A stretch of 64,000 nt of DNA from Truepera sp. Lineage in GTDB: Bacteria > Deinococcota > Deinococci > Deinococcales > Trueperaceae. Positions 49,517-59,274 of this stretch are shown piece by piece (within the stretch, counting starts at the first letter, position 1; every line of letters starts with the position of its first letter). The stretch is taken from positions 1,984,001 through 2,048,000 of the forward strand of contig CBDCKW010000009.1 of NCBI GenBank assembly GCA_965218435.1. The letters run 5' to 3'. The notes beneath the pieces were generated by a model. It did not search any database. It was not told the DNA's origin and saw nothing but the letters and a program-made list of their open reading frames with translations. The position numbers and the translations under genes were made by a program.

Positions 49517-49568
49517 CGGTTCTCCCTACGTTCTAGCTAAATTTTACTGTTTGGGTAAAACTAAGCAG

Positions 49569-49597
49569 AGCATAAATACTTTGAGTAAGAATGTCAA
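49569..49597 (-). promoter_or_regulatory. sigma70 promoter for the lipoprotein pair
   Basis: TTGACA-17-TATGCT. Confidence 0.65.
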
Positions 49598-49734
49598 GCC
49601 CTGTTTCTTCACATAAACGGTAACATCTTTTTAATTCCGCTCTGAGATGGCTACTTACACTAAGACGTCCCTATTGGCGGAAAAATATTACTTTTCAAAG
49701 TCGCGAGCCAACCTTTCATGGTAGCCTGCCGCTC

Positions 49735-50934
49735 ATGTCACCACGCACGTTTTTAGCTTTACTCGCCTTTTTAGCCTTTACCAGTTTGGGTTTGCCTGAC
49801 GGCCTCTTAGGGGTCGCGTGGCCGTCTATCCGCAGTAGTTTCGGGTTGCCACTCGACTCGCTCGGGCTGCTGTTGGCGTTTAGTACAGCAGGGTATTTGA
49901 CCTCGAGCTTTCTGAGTGGCCGTATCCTCCGAGTCTTGCCTATCGGCACGGTGCTGGCCCTGTCAACTGCAGCCGCAGCGACGGCACTTTTAGGTTACGC
50001 CCTGACCCCTTTGTGGCCGCTGATGTTGATCCTTGGTTTTGTAGGCGGGCTCGGCGGCGGCGCGGTAGATGCGGGGCTCAACGCTTACGGTGCGTCACAT
50101 TTTAGTGCCCGCATCCTCAACTGGTTGCACGCCTTTTTCGGGCTCGGGACGACGGTCGGCCCTTTGATTGTGACCGGCGTGTTGAGCGCCGGGGCCTCGT
50201 GGCGTTACGCCTACGTGGTCGTCGGCAGCGCACAGGTGGCTTTGGCTGTCACCTTTTTTCTAACAAGGGGCCGTTGGCTGCGGGTTGCCGAAACCGCTAC
50301 GGAAGACGCGCTGCCTGTCCCTCCGGCGCGTACTAGGGACACGCTGGGGCGTCCGCTCGTCTGGCTGGGGATGCTCGTGTTTTTTGTCTATACCGGGGTT
50401 GAACTCATTGCCGGACAGTGGAGCTATTCACTCCTGACCTTGGGGCGCGGCGTCACGGCGGGCGCGGCAGGTATCTGGGTCAGCCTCTACTGGGGCGGGT
50501 TGCTGGTCGGGCGGGTGCTTTTCGGCGTCATCGCCGACCGGGTGCCGTTGACGCAAACTTTGCGCCTTTGTATGCTGGCGACCGCAGCCGGGGCGCTGCT
50601 GTTCTGGCTCGAGCCTACCCGCTTTTTGTCTCTGGTTGGTTTAATCATGATCGGTTTCTTTTTAGCGCCCATTTTTGCCTCACTGATCAGCCTGACGCCG
50701 AACCGGGTCGGGCGCACGCACGCGGACAGCGCTATCGGTTTTCAGATTGCGGCGGCGGGGCTTGGCGGGGCGACGCTTACCGGTCTCGTGGGTATCGTCG
50801 CGCACACGTTCGGGCTCTGGGTCGTCGGCGCGGCGCTGCTCTTTTTTGCGCTCTTGCTGCTAGGGCTTTACGAGGTGCTTTTGCAGGTTAAACCGGGCGG
50901 AGCTGCGAGCACCGCAAGTACTAAAGCGTGGTAG
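49735..50934 (+). CDS. MFS transporter
   Basis: GLPDGLLGVAWP, DAGLN and NWLHAFFGLG; 12-TM pattern. Confidence 0.9.
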   Translation: MSPRTFLALLAFLAFTSLGLPDGLLGVAWPSIRSSFGLPLDSLGLLLAFSTAGYLTSSFLSGRILRVLPIGTVLALSTAAAATALLGYALTPLWPLMLILGFVGGLGGGAVDAGLNAYGASHFSARILNWLHAFFGLGTTVGPLIVTGVLSAGASWRYAYVVVGSAQVALAVTFFLTRGRWLRVAETATEDALPVPPARTRDTLGRPLVWLGMLVFFVYTGVELIAGQWSYSLLTLGRGVTAGAAGIWVSLYWGGLLVGRVLFGVIADRVPLTQTLRLCMLATAAGALLFWLEPTRFLSLVGLIMIGFFLAPIFASLISLTPNRVGRTHADSAIGFQIAAAGLGGATLTGLVGIVAHTFGLWVVGAALLFFALLLLGLYEVLLQVKPGGAASTASTKAW

Positions 50935-51226
50935 AAACGCTTCGCAGCTGAATACTGAATAGCCCAGGTTACAAGCACGTAAGCTGGTATCAAACAGCAA
51001 AGCAGGTATCCGGTGATACCCGGTACTAAAGTACCGAACTGCTAAGGATAGAACGTTCTACCCCTTTTGCCAAAGATTAGCTTATAGTACCGGTAAGGAT
51101 TTCCGTCGGGGAAAGAGCGAGGTCTACGGGCCTCGCTTTTGATGCTTTGGCTGCGTTGTGCTGCCGTTTTCGTTTTACGCTGCAGCGGGATTATAAGTCC
51201 AGCAATAGTAAGGAAGTTCGGGGCGT

Positions 51227-51273
51227 AGCTGACAGTTACTCGAGATTCCTAAAAACGCAGGTGACTGTCAGTT
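51227..51273. repeat. imperfect palindromic intergenic element, copy 1
   Basis: AGCTGACAGTTACTCGAG...GTGACTGTCAGTT. Confidence 0.65.
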
Positions 51274-51436
51274 TGTGGTGTCGGGGGTGGACTCGAGCGG
51301 GCTCACCACCTCAACCCCAAATGCCGTAAAGCACTCGGGCGTCTCCCAACTGTCCTAGCTCCCGCACTACCAAAGGGCAACAACCTAAAACGTCACAACT
51401 TGAAACATCACAACCTAGAGCACCCCAAAACGCGTG

Positions 51437-52132
51437 CTACCAGGGCATCGTTCCCCAGCGATTTGTAAAGGTACCCGTGGGTCCGTCCTTGCCAATCGTC
51501 GCCATTTTTACGATGGCGTCCGTGCCCTCTGCGACCGTTTGAGGTCCGGCGTAGCCGTTAAGGTCGGTCGCGGTCGGGCCGGGATCAACGACGTTGACGC
51601 GTATGTCGGGTAGCGCCTTGGCGTACTGTACTGTGAGCATAGTCAGAGCTGACTTCGATGACGTGTAGGGCAAAGCATTGACCTTTGATTCCATCGTTTC
51701 GGGGTTTGTCACCAGCGCAAACGAACCCAAGCCGCTGCTCACGTTGACGATCACGGGGGCTTCTGACTTGTGTAACAAAGGGAGAAAGGCTTGGGTCACC
51801 CGAACGACCCCAAAGACGTTCGTTTCAAAAGTCTGACGCATGGTGTCGGCTGTGACCTCTTCAGGTTTCAAGCGCCCGCCGGTGATACCCGCGTTGTTGA
51901 CGAGAACATCGAGCCGTCCCTCGAGCTGGGTGAGCTCAGCAGCAGCAGCCTGAACCGCGGCGTCATCGGTCACATCGAGCAGCAGAAAGTGGGCACCGAG
52001 TTCGTCGGCAGCTCTTTGACCGCGCTCGGCGTCACGTGCGCCGAGATAGACCTGGTGACCACGTTCGAGCAAACGGCGTGCAGCTTCATAGCCGAGGCCC
52101 TTGTTGCCGCCGGTAATAAGTGTGATGGTCAT
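51437..52132 (-). CDS. SDR family oxidoreductase (carbonyl-reductase-like)
   Basis: TGGNKGLG, NNAG and YTSSK. Confidence 0.92.
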   Translation of the reverse strand: MTITLITGGNKGLGYEAARRLLERGHQVYLGARDAERGQRAADELGAHFLLLDVTDDAAVQAAAAELTQLEGRLDVLVNNAGITGGRLKPEEVTADTMRQTFETNVFGVVRVTQAFLPLLHKSEAPVIVNVSSGLGSFALVTNPETMESKVNALPYTSSKSALTMLTVQYAKALPDIRVNVVDPGPTATDLNGYAGPQTVAEGTDAIVKMATIGKDGPTGTFTNRWGTMPW

Positions 52133-52282
52133 GCTTTGTTGTCTCCTCTACTTGCCCCACTGAGAACGTCGCTACTGGGTCGGGTGTCCGCCGTGTCGTC
52201 CCAGCTGATGATACCTAAGGCACCAGCTGTGATCAGCGCCTGGCGACACCGCTGCACCATACTTAGAGGCGCACCCTGGCAG

Positions 52283-52711
52283 TTAAAGGTTGACGCTCAT
52301 GGCCTTGGCGATGACCTCGAAATCCGCCTGAGCTATCTCGAACAAACCTCGTCTAAACGGAAAGCCCCACTTTTCTTTGTCCTTGATAAACTCGAGGTCA
52401 TCAACAATAGGACGAACCGGTATTTCATTTCCTTTTTTGAAGTCCACCTTCCGCCGCCACGGGTGAAAGTCGGCTGCCATCTCGACTTGGTAGGGCTCAG
52501 TATCGGTAATCTCCCCGAGCGCCGTAAACGCTTGCAGCGGCTCGCCGTCCCTAAACTTGGTTCTGGGCGAATAGAAAACGAGCAAGTCGCCGCTATTTAG
52601 GCGTTTGAGACGCGTGTCTTTCCCGTGATCGGCTTGAGTAAAGCCACCCTCTACGGCTGCCCGAACATGCTCCCTCGACACCGTATTGACCCAGTAGCGC
52701 CTAGTGGTCAT
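52283..52711 (-). CDS. EVE domain protein
   Basis: YWVNTVSREHV, GFTQADHGK, GDLLVFYSP and WGFPFRRGLFEI. Confidence 0.88.
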   Translation of the reverse strand: MTTRRYWVNTVSREHVRAAVEGGFTQADHGKDTRLKRLNSGDLLVFYSPRTKFRDGEPLQAFTALGEITDTEPYQVEMAADFHPWRRKVDFKKGNEIPVRPIVDDLEFIKDKEKWGFPFRRGLFEIAQADFEVIAKAMSVNL

Positions 52712-53070
52712 GTTTTGTCATGAACCGTCACAAGGTAGCCTTCAGGGTCCCTAAAGGTAAAGGTCTTACCGAAAGGACTATCCCCTAAGCCCTTAACAAT
52801 TTCTACGCCTTTGGCCTCGAGCTGCTTTAGGAGTTCTTCGCTGTCGTCCGTGAGCAGCCAGAGCACCACCCCGTGACCGCGATACTCGGTTAGGTCCAAA
52901 TCTACTAAAGGCACACGTACCGCAAAAGCGATGGGTTTTGTGTCGAAGACAAACGCATCGGGCGGACTGAAGGGAGCGAGCTTTAACCCCAGCATCTCTT
53001 GGTAAAACCGTTTACCGGCCTCTATATCGTGCCACTGCAACGCTATGAAATCGGGTCCTTGTACAGTCAT
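52708..53070 (-). CDS. VOC/glyoxalase family protein
   Basis: FYQEMLGL and SPFGKTFTFRDPEGY; GGAGG RBS before ATG at 53070. Confidence 0.88.
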   Translation of the reverse strand: MTVQGPDFIALQWHDIEAGKRFYQEMLGLKLAPFSPPDAFVFDTKPIAFAVRVPLVDLDLTEYRGHGVVLWLLTDDSEELLKQLEAKGVEIVKGLGDSPFGKTFTFRDPEGYLVTVHDKT

Positions 53071-53090
53071 GGTCAAGCCTCCTCTAAGGG

Positions 53091-53154
53091 TATCAGTGTC
53101 CTGATAGCCTCTATAAGGATAAGCCACACCACAAGTTGTATCAGTATCCTGATA
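53091..53154. promoter_or_regulatory. two palindromic MarR operator candidates
   Basis: TATCAG-N4-CTGATA at 53091-53106 and 53139-53154. Confidence 0.7.
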
Positions 53155-53166
53155 TACCATGAGGGC

Positions 53167-53598
53167 ATGTTTAACGCTTTGACTTCACTTAGTTACAACC
53201 TCAAACGAACCCAGCAGGCACTTCGTCACGCGATGGACAAGTCGCTCATAGAGCTTGACCTGACGACGCCACAATATTCAGCCCTAACCCAGCTAGCCAG
53301 CGAAACGGGATTGTCGAACGCTGAGTTAGCCCGGCGCTGCTTTGTGACGCCGCAGACGATGCATCAGCTTACGGGTGGGCTCGAGACTCGCGGCCTCGTT
53401 GAGCGGTCACAGCATCCCGAGCATGGCCGGATCGTCCAGATAAGCATGACGAAAACAGGAAAAGAACTTTTAGCAGAGTCCCATAAACTAGTTCACGCTG
53501 TCGAGAACAAGATGACGCAAGCTATCTCAAACATAGAAAAACAGCAGGTCAGCAGGATTCTCGAGAAGTGCCGGGTAGCTTTAGAAACGACGACCTAA
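53167..53598 (+). CDS. MarR family regulator
   Basis: LTTPQYSAL, SNAELARRCFVTPQTM and LETRGLVER; TACCAT 6 nt before the ATG. Confidence 0.9.
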   Translation: MFNALTSLSYNLKRTQQALRHAMDKSLIELDLTTPQYSALTQLASETGLSNAELARRCFVTPQTMHQLTGGLETRGLVERSQHPEHGRIVQISMTKTGKELLAESHKLVHAVENKMTQAISNIEKQQVSRILEKCRVALETTT

Positions 53599-53697
53599 GT
53601 TCAACCACGCAGCCGTGCCGGTACTGACGCTGAGGTGCCGCTGCGCGGGGCAGAGACGAACGCCAACCCTGTGTTCAGGACACGCTTAATGAGGCTC

Positions 53698-53747
53698 AGC
53701 TGACAGTTACTCGAGGTTTGGGTACGGGACGTGGGTAACTATCAGTT
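53698..53747. repeat. imperfect palindromic intergenic element, copy 2
   Basis: AGCTGACAGTTACTCGAG...GTAACTATCAGTT. Confidence 0.65.
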
Positions 53748-53971
53748 AAGTATCTACGCAAATATTTAGACACTCTTCATATATGTCTGAAACGCAGTGC
53801 GGCACGTGGGTTCGCTTGGATGCTCGAGACCAACGTGATAGGTCGGGGCACGTCCTTTTCGTTCGTCATACAGAGTCATGCACAGCACAGACGTGTAACA
53901 GCAAACTGCCGACGGGCGTTGGGCACTACGCTCCAGACGTTTTCTTAGGCGTGGACATTCTGGTCAGCTGC

Positions 53972-54700
53972 TTAAACATAAACTGGGGGGGCAACACGGC
54001 TCATAGTCTTAAGCACATTGCTCAGACCCGGACGAATTTCTAACTTGCCCGCTTCGATACCTTTAATGGTTTGCCGGGCGAGTGCTGCTGGGTCCATGCC
54101 TTTCTGCCCCCTTGTCTCCGCCTCAAATTCGCCCCGCATAAGTGGCGTCTCGACCGGCGGCGGGGCCAGTTCGACGACGGTGACGTTCGTAGTGGCCAGC
54201 TGCACGCGTAGCGCCTCAGTGTAGGCGTGAAGGGCCGCCTTCGCCCCGGAATAAACCGGCGAGATCGTGTAGGGAACGAACGCTAAACCGGACGAAACGT
54301 TGACGATCAGAGCGTCCGGGCGGGTTTTAAGCTGCGGCAAGAACTGCTGAATCATCCGCACCGGCCCGCTTAAGTTGATGTCAATCTCGCGCGTGACATC
54401 TTCCAGCTCGCGGTTCTGCTCGAGGTTTAGGTTGCGCATAATCCCAGCGTTATTGATCAGCGTGTCGAGCGCCGGAAACTGTGCCGAGACGTCCTCGTAA
54501 AGCGTTCTTATCGCCGCCGGGTCACCCACGTCGCTGCGAAAGGTGTGGATAGCGGGTAACGCCCGCTTCGTCGCCTCGAGCTTTCCCTGGTCTCGGCCGG
54601 TGACGATCACCGTATTGTCACGCGCCAGCAGTTTGGCCAGCTCGAGGCCGATCCCGCTCGTTCCCCCGGTAATCAAAATCGTTTTTTGACTCAGTTTCAT
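53972..54700 (-). CDS. SDR family oxidoreductase (DltE-like), C-terminus possibly frameshifted
   Basis: TGGTSGIG, NNAG and YSGAK; C7 run near the 3' end. Confidence 0.88.
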   Translation of the reverse strand: MKLSQKTILITGGTSGIGLELAKLLARDNTVIVTGRDQGKLEATKRALPAIHTFRSDVGDPAAIRTLYEDVSAQFPALDTLINNAGIMRNLNLEQNRELEDVTREIDINLSGPVRMIQQFLPQLKTRPDALIVNVSSGLAFVPYTISPVYSGAKAALHAYTEALRVQLATTNVTVVELAPPPVETPLMRGEFEAETRGQKGMDPAALARQTIKGIEAGKLEIRPGLSNVLKTMSRVAPPVYV

Positions 54701-54795
54701 GAACAGCTCCTTCTGAGGGGTAGTGTAGGATAAGTACAACCCAATGGGAAGTAGGCACGCAAAAGTGCCATACGCACCGAAAAGAAAGTTAGGCT

Positions 54796-55242
54796 GTGGG
54801 GAGCACCTTCAAACCCGAAAAGATGTCTAAGCAGTATTTAGAGCAGTATGATGCGTGTCCGGTTCCGCCGGCAGAGACGGACACGGAGCTGGACGCACTC
54901 GTCCGTGAGATTATTGGCCGCGTAGCAGACAAATGGACGATGCTCGCGTTAGAGGTTTTAGCTGAGCACGGTACCTTACGCTTTACCCGACTCGGTGACC
55001 TTATCGGCGGTGTAAGCCAGAAGATGCTGACGAAAACGCTGAGGCAGATGGAAGCGGACGGTCTGGTGGTGCGAACGGTTTACGCGGTCGTCCCGCCTAA
55101 AGTCGAGTACACCTTGACGGACCGGGGTCTGGGCCTCGGCGCGGCCTTTTGCGGCGTCTGGCTTTGGGCTGAAGAGCACCATGAGGCCATCAAGAGGTCA
55201 CGGCAAGCGTTTCACGAGCGGGCACGCGGGCCGAAGCCTTAA
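54796..55242 (+). CDS. HxlR family regulator
   Basis: ADKW, VSQKMLTKTLRQME and VPPKVEYTLT. Confidence 0.92.
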   Translation: MGSTFKPEKMSKQYLEQYDACPVPPAETDTELDALVREIIGRVADKWTMLALEVLAEHGTLRFTRLGDLIGGVSQKMLTKTLRQMEADGLVVRTVYAVVPPKVEYTLTDRGLGLGAAFCGVWLWAEEHHEAIKRSRQAFHERARGPKP

Positions 55243-55429
55243 ACCGTTATGCCCTTTGCGCTGCAGCTTGTCAATTCGCAGCTGGCGGGCTTTTTGGCGA
55301 AACCGGGTACCTATATATATGACGATCATATTCGGCAGTGCTGAGAAGCCGTAGTTGCTCGAGGCGTTCTAGTCGAAGCGTACTCGTTCAAACAACGGGC
55401 TGATGCTCGCTGGTAACTGTGGCATTTAA

Positions 55430-56293
55430 TCAGGGTTGGTCAGGAAGCGGCCCCAGCACCAGCCCATAGACAGGCCCTTCGTAAAGCTGTTTGCCATCGT
55501 TGTCCGGTGTTGGGGTCAAAACAACGGTGCGCCCGTCTATTGTAAATTCGACGATCAGACCTTCGCGCTGCCCGACCGTAAAGAGCTTGAAACGTCCGTC
55601 GGCGCTCTCCCCCGCTGTTTCGCTGCCCCTAACGATTTCAAAGGTTTCAGTCACGCCGCGCGAGGTGTAGCGCCAGCGTCCGGCGAAGGCGACGCCACTG
55701 TTTTGGGTGATTTTTGGAATGATTTCGGCGCTCGAGGTCGTTTTACCGCCGAAGGTGAACTTGACGCTGACCGTATCAGGGCCGTTATGAACACAGTTGA
55801 ACGTCCCGGCGACGACCTGCCGGTACACCCTGGTTTTGTTGCAGCGGGCCGCGAGGCCGGGCGGTGACTCACTAAGGTCAGCGCCAGCTGTGACGGTATA
55901 ACGTACCGCCCACGGCGCAGGACCGCCGGGGGTCTGCGTGAGTTTTAGGTCACCGATATTCGGCCTGGTACCGGGTACGTCAGGCGCTGTTACAGTGACT
56001 GTCTCGCTGGCCGACGCGCCGTTAGCCGCCACACTGACAACATAAAGTCCTGAACGCTCGAACGTCGTTTGAAAGGTGCCGGACGTCTCGGTTTGCTGCT
56101 GCCCGCCGACAGCCCAACTAAAAACGCCCACAGCAGGGCTCGCTTCGGCGCGAAAGGTCACGGTCAGGGGGCTGTCGCCCTCCGTTTGAGACGCGCTCAG
56201 CGTGACGTTTGAAGGCGTAGGTTGCGGTGCCGAACCGCCGAACAAATCACAAGCGGTCAGAACGAGTGGGAGCGCCAACAAAAGGTATCTCAT
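55430..56293 (-). CDS. lipoprotein with a PKD-like domain
   Basis: Lipobox LTAC; G.SPLTVTF...W and TFERSGLYVV. Confidence 0.7.
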   Translation of the reverse strand: MRYLLLALPLVLTACDLFGGSAPQPTPSNVTLSASQTEGDSPLTVTFRAEASPAVGVFSWAVGGQQQTETSGTFQTTFERSGLYVVSVAANGASASETVTVTAPDVPGTRPNIGDLKLTQTPGGPAPWAVRYTVTAGADLSESPPGLAARCNKTRVYRQVVAGTFNCVHNGPDTVSVKFTFGGKTTSSAEIIPKITQNSGVAFAGRWRYTSRGVTETFEIVRGSETAGESADGRFKLFTVGQREGLIVEFTIDGRTVVLTPTPDNDGKQLYEGPVYGLVLGPLPDQP

Positions 56294-56324
56294 AAGCTAC
56301 GGCAAACGTACCATGCTCAAGGGA

Positions 56325-56355
56325 AGGCCCCACTAAAACTTGTGCAGTGGGGCCT
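56325..56355 (-). terminator. stem-loop after the ferritin-like gene
   Basis: AGGCCCCACT-N11-AGTGGGGCCT. Confidence 0.6.
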
Positions 56356-56372
56356 GATACGTCTTGAACGCT

Positions 56373-57476
56373 TTAGAGGTTGTTCGGAAAGTTCGGGTCG
56401 AGGAGCGCCGTAAATTGGTCGGCGAGGGGTGCCGGGATGCTGATGCCCTGCGGGAAGAAGCTCGCGTCGGACACGGCCGTGTCCGGGCTGAGGTAAACGA
56501 CGTTGGCGACCTGACGCGGCGTGCGGCTAAAGGCGATAGCGTTCTTGTCGGTCGGAACGATGTTGGTGCCTAAGTTGGCGGGGTCGGCGTGCGACTTGAC
56601 GGTATCAATGTTCGGATCGGCAACGATTCCCTTATCGTCATCGGTCGAGCCGTCGAGCGAATCACGGGCGTCTGAGATGGCGCGGGCAATCGTCCAGAAA
56701 TCAACACCACCGTAGATATATTCTACGCGCATGTCGGCAGTGTAGAGGAAGCTGCGTACGGTGCCCGCGTGATACGCTTCAACCGCCAAGATACCGGCAG
56801 CGGCCTCGAGGTAATCGGGGTTGGTAATGAACTTCGCAGCACCTTTGTAGGCTGTGACGCCGACATCTTCAAAGATATAGGCCCCGAAGAGGAAGAACGT
56901 ATCGTTGGCAAAGGGATTAAACGCCGTCGGATCAAAGCCTAAGCCGTTTGTGGTCAAGCTCGCCGCAGCAGTCGCCGCCGTCTGGAACGATGTAGTCAGG
57001 TTAAGAACGGGCAACTCGGCAACCGGCGCACCGACGCTCTGGAGGGCTGTGCGCAAGAACACCACGTGGGAAAGCTCGTCCTCGGCGATTTCGTTGGCAA
57101 ACTTGCCGACGAGTGGGGTGACTTTGGTGACTGTTTGAGCACTCAGGCTGCTACTGTTCATCATCGCAGCGTAGAGCGAGGTGCTCGGGTCTGTCCCAGT
57201 GTAGCCGTCGGGCAACTGAATCTTAGCGGGGTCATAACCGGGCAGTTCGCTCAGGCGGCCCACGGCGGCGAGGTAGTAGGCGGCTTCCAGGTACTCGAGG
57301 TTTAGGGCGAAGTTCAAAATGGCGGCGTCGTAATCATCGCCGGTTTGCTGCGCACCGACTTGTCCGACGACCGAGCCGCCGCACGCGGTCATCACCGCAC
57401 CTGCACCGAGCAGGCCCAAGTTGCCGAGCAGTCTCCGGCGGTCTACTTTTCCGTTTAGCACCTTGTTGACGTCCAT
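56373..57476 (-). CDS. ferritin-like (Ferritin_2) desiccation-related protein, probable Tat lipoprotein
   Basis: DRRRLL..MTAC signal; ILNFALNLEYLEA, EDELSH, FEDVGVTAYKG and AVEAYHAG. Confidence 0.88.
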   Translation of the reverse strand: MDVNKVLNGKVDRRRLLGNLGLLGAGAVMTACGGSVVGQVGAQQTGDDYDAAILNFALNLEYLEAAYYLAAVGRLSELPGYDPAKIQLPDGYTGTDPSTSLYAAMMNSSSLSAQTVTKVTPLVGKFANEIAEDELSHVVFLRTALQSVGAPVAELPVLNLTTSFQTAATAAASLTTNGLGFDPTAFNPFANDTFFLFGAYIFEDVGVTAYKGAAKFITNPDYLEAAAGILAVEAYHAGTVRSFLYTADMRVEYIYGGVDFWTIARAISDARDSLDGSTDDDKGIVADPNIDTVKSHADPANLGTNIVPTDKNAIAFSRTPRQVANVVYLSPDTAVSDASFFPQGISIPAPLADQFTALLDPNFPNNL

Positions 57477-57800
57477 AAGTTGTGTACCTTTCAGCCCCCG
57501 AGCAAATGGCCCACCCCGAGAGCAGTAAAATTTTATGAGCCATCTAGTCAGGTATACACGTCCCAAGCTCATCTGGATTTGATTTTTTTAACCTTTGTCA
57601 AGAGCAGATGCACTTTTGTGCAGTAACGGCCCGGAATGTGAGATTTTTCATAGGTAGAGTGTGAGAGGAAGACAAAGAGAGTAGCGAGCACGCCCGTCAA
57701 GCAGGTGACACAATTTTCAGAACGAACTCTCAGCAGCGAGTCAAAAGCTGTTAGAACTCCGGTACAACACTAGCTTTGTGCTCGTTGCCTACTGAAAACG

Positions 57801-59195
57801 TTACGACTGAGCTTCTTCAATAAGTTCCTCGACCTTTTCGACATAGGCGTCCGGGTCGGCTTTACGCTCCAACCCCCCCGCCGACATGTAGCGCACCTTG
57901 CCGAACACCGCCCGCTCCGTCCAACCCCGGTCGTGCTGTCCGAAGACCCAGGCGACATTGGCAAACGAATTGGCGTCACGGCCGTCTAAAAAGTATTTAT
58001 TATTGAGGTAAAGCGTCGTTTCAAAGGCATATTTAGGGCTGGAAGACCACTCGAGTATCTTTTTGCCCCAGTACATCCGCATATAGTTGTGCATATACCC
58101 GGTATGCTTCATCTCATTCATGGCGGCGTTCCAGTAGGGGTCGTCCGTTCGGGCGGCCTCGAGTTCTTGGCGGGTGTATTCAGGGTTGCGTTTGTCGTCT
58201 TGGTGTTCGGCCAGCGTTTTCTGCGCCCAGTCGGGCAGGGCGCTGTACTTATCATAGTCAGGTTCGTAAAACACAAAGTTCATCGGCAGCTCGCGGCGGA
58301 TGATAAGCTCCTCCAAGTAACTATCTTTGTTTTTTTGCGACGCTTTGGCTTTTTGCACCTCTAAGGCGATATAAACCGGCGAAATCTGCCCGTAGTGCAG
58401 GTATTTGCTCATGTGTGACACGTGGCTCGTTTGCGGCTGATTGCGGGTGTCCGTATAGTCGGCAAAGTCGTTTTCGAGAAAATCGTGCAAAACTTTTTTC
58501 GCAGCTTCGGTGCCGCCTTTGAATAACTTGACGGGCGAGGGCTCGGGCTCGAGCTTAAGCTTTTTCAGCAACTTATCCAGGTCGGAGAGGTCTTCGCCGT
58601 CAACCTCCAACGAGAGCGCAGCTGTTTTCAGCTTCACTTCGTCCAGTGAAACCAAAAACTTATCTAAGTGCTTACTCAACCGGGGCCGCAAGGTGCGGGC
58701 AGCGTGTTCTTTTTTGCTGCTAGCCAGCTCGACCGGCACGACGACATTTGTCTCAACCTGGACAACTTTGCACGGCGCTTCTGCCGCCAGGCGCTCCCGC
58801 CACTCTCGCTGTAGCCGCAGATAATCACGGTCACAAACGACCAAAGCAGCGTCTTTAGCAAGCTTTAGGGCTATCTCGTCGGGTGCGCCGCGTTGCAAGA
58901 CGAACTTGATCTTGCGTTTTTTTAACGCCTTGTCAACATCCTGCAGGCCCTCTACCATAAAGTGATAGTGCCGCAACCTCGCTTCGGGATAGTCGTCCAT
59001 CAGGCCGAAGGCGACCAGGAGCGGTTTCTCAAGCTCATTGGCTTTGAGGGCGGCGTACTCGAGGGCGTGGTTGTATTCGCTGCGCTGCGAACTCTGCAGC
59101 CAGTAGAGGACGTATTCGCCTTCCTGAACGTCTTTGTCATTGAGGTCTTGGACGCGTTCACTTTGTATCTGTTCACGGCTGTGCTTGTCGGACAT
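57801..59195 (-). CDS. phr: class II CPD photolyase
   Basis: YVLYW, MSKYLHYGQIS, GYMHNYMRMYWGKKILEW and LDGRD. Confidence 0.93.
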   Translation of the reverse strand: MSDKHSREQIQSERVQDLNDKDVQEGEYVLYWLQSSQRSEYNHALEYAALKANELEKPLLVAFGLMDDYPEARLRHYHFMVEGLQDVDKALKKRKIKFVLQRGAPDEIALKLAKDAALVVCDRDYLRLQREWRERLAAEAPCKVVQVETNVVVPVELASSKKEHAARTLRPRLSKHLDKFLVSLDEVKLKTAALSLEVDGEDLSDLDKLLKKLKLEPEPSPVKLFKGGTEAAKKVLHDFLENDFADYTDTRNQPQTSHVSHMSKYLHYGQISPVYIALEVQKAKASQKNKDSYLEELIIRRELPMNFVFYEPDYDKYSALPDWAQKTLAEHQDDKRNPEYTRQELEAARTDDPYWNAAMNEMKHTGYMHNYMRMYWGKKILEWSSSPKYAFETTLYLNNKYFLDGRDANSFANVAWVFGQHDRGWTERAVFGKVRYMSAGGLERKADPDAYVEKVEELIEEAQS

Positions 59196-59274
59196 GTCTT
59201 ACGCTAACGGGGCTGTGGCAACCTTGCCGCAGCCCCTCTCACGGTTAAGCGTGGCGAAATGGGTCACGAGAACA

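Noticed and set aside
51791..52600. 269-aa + strand ORF
   Set aside because: Shadow of the SDR and EVE genes on the opposite strand; no motifs
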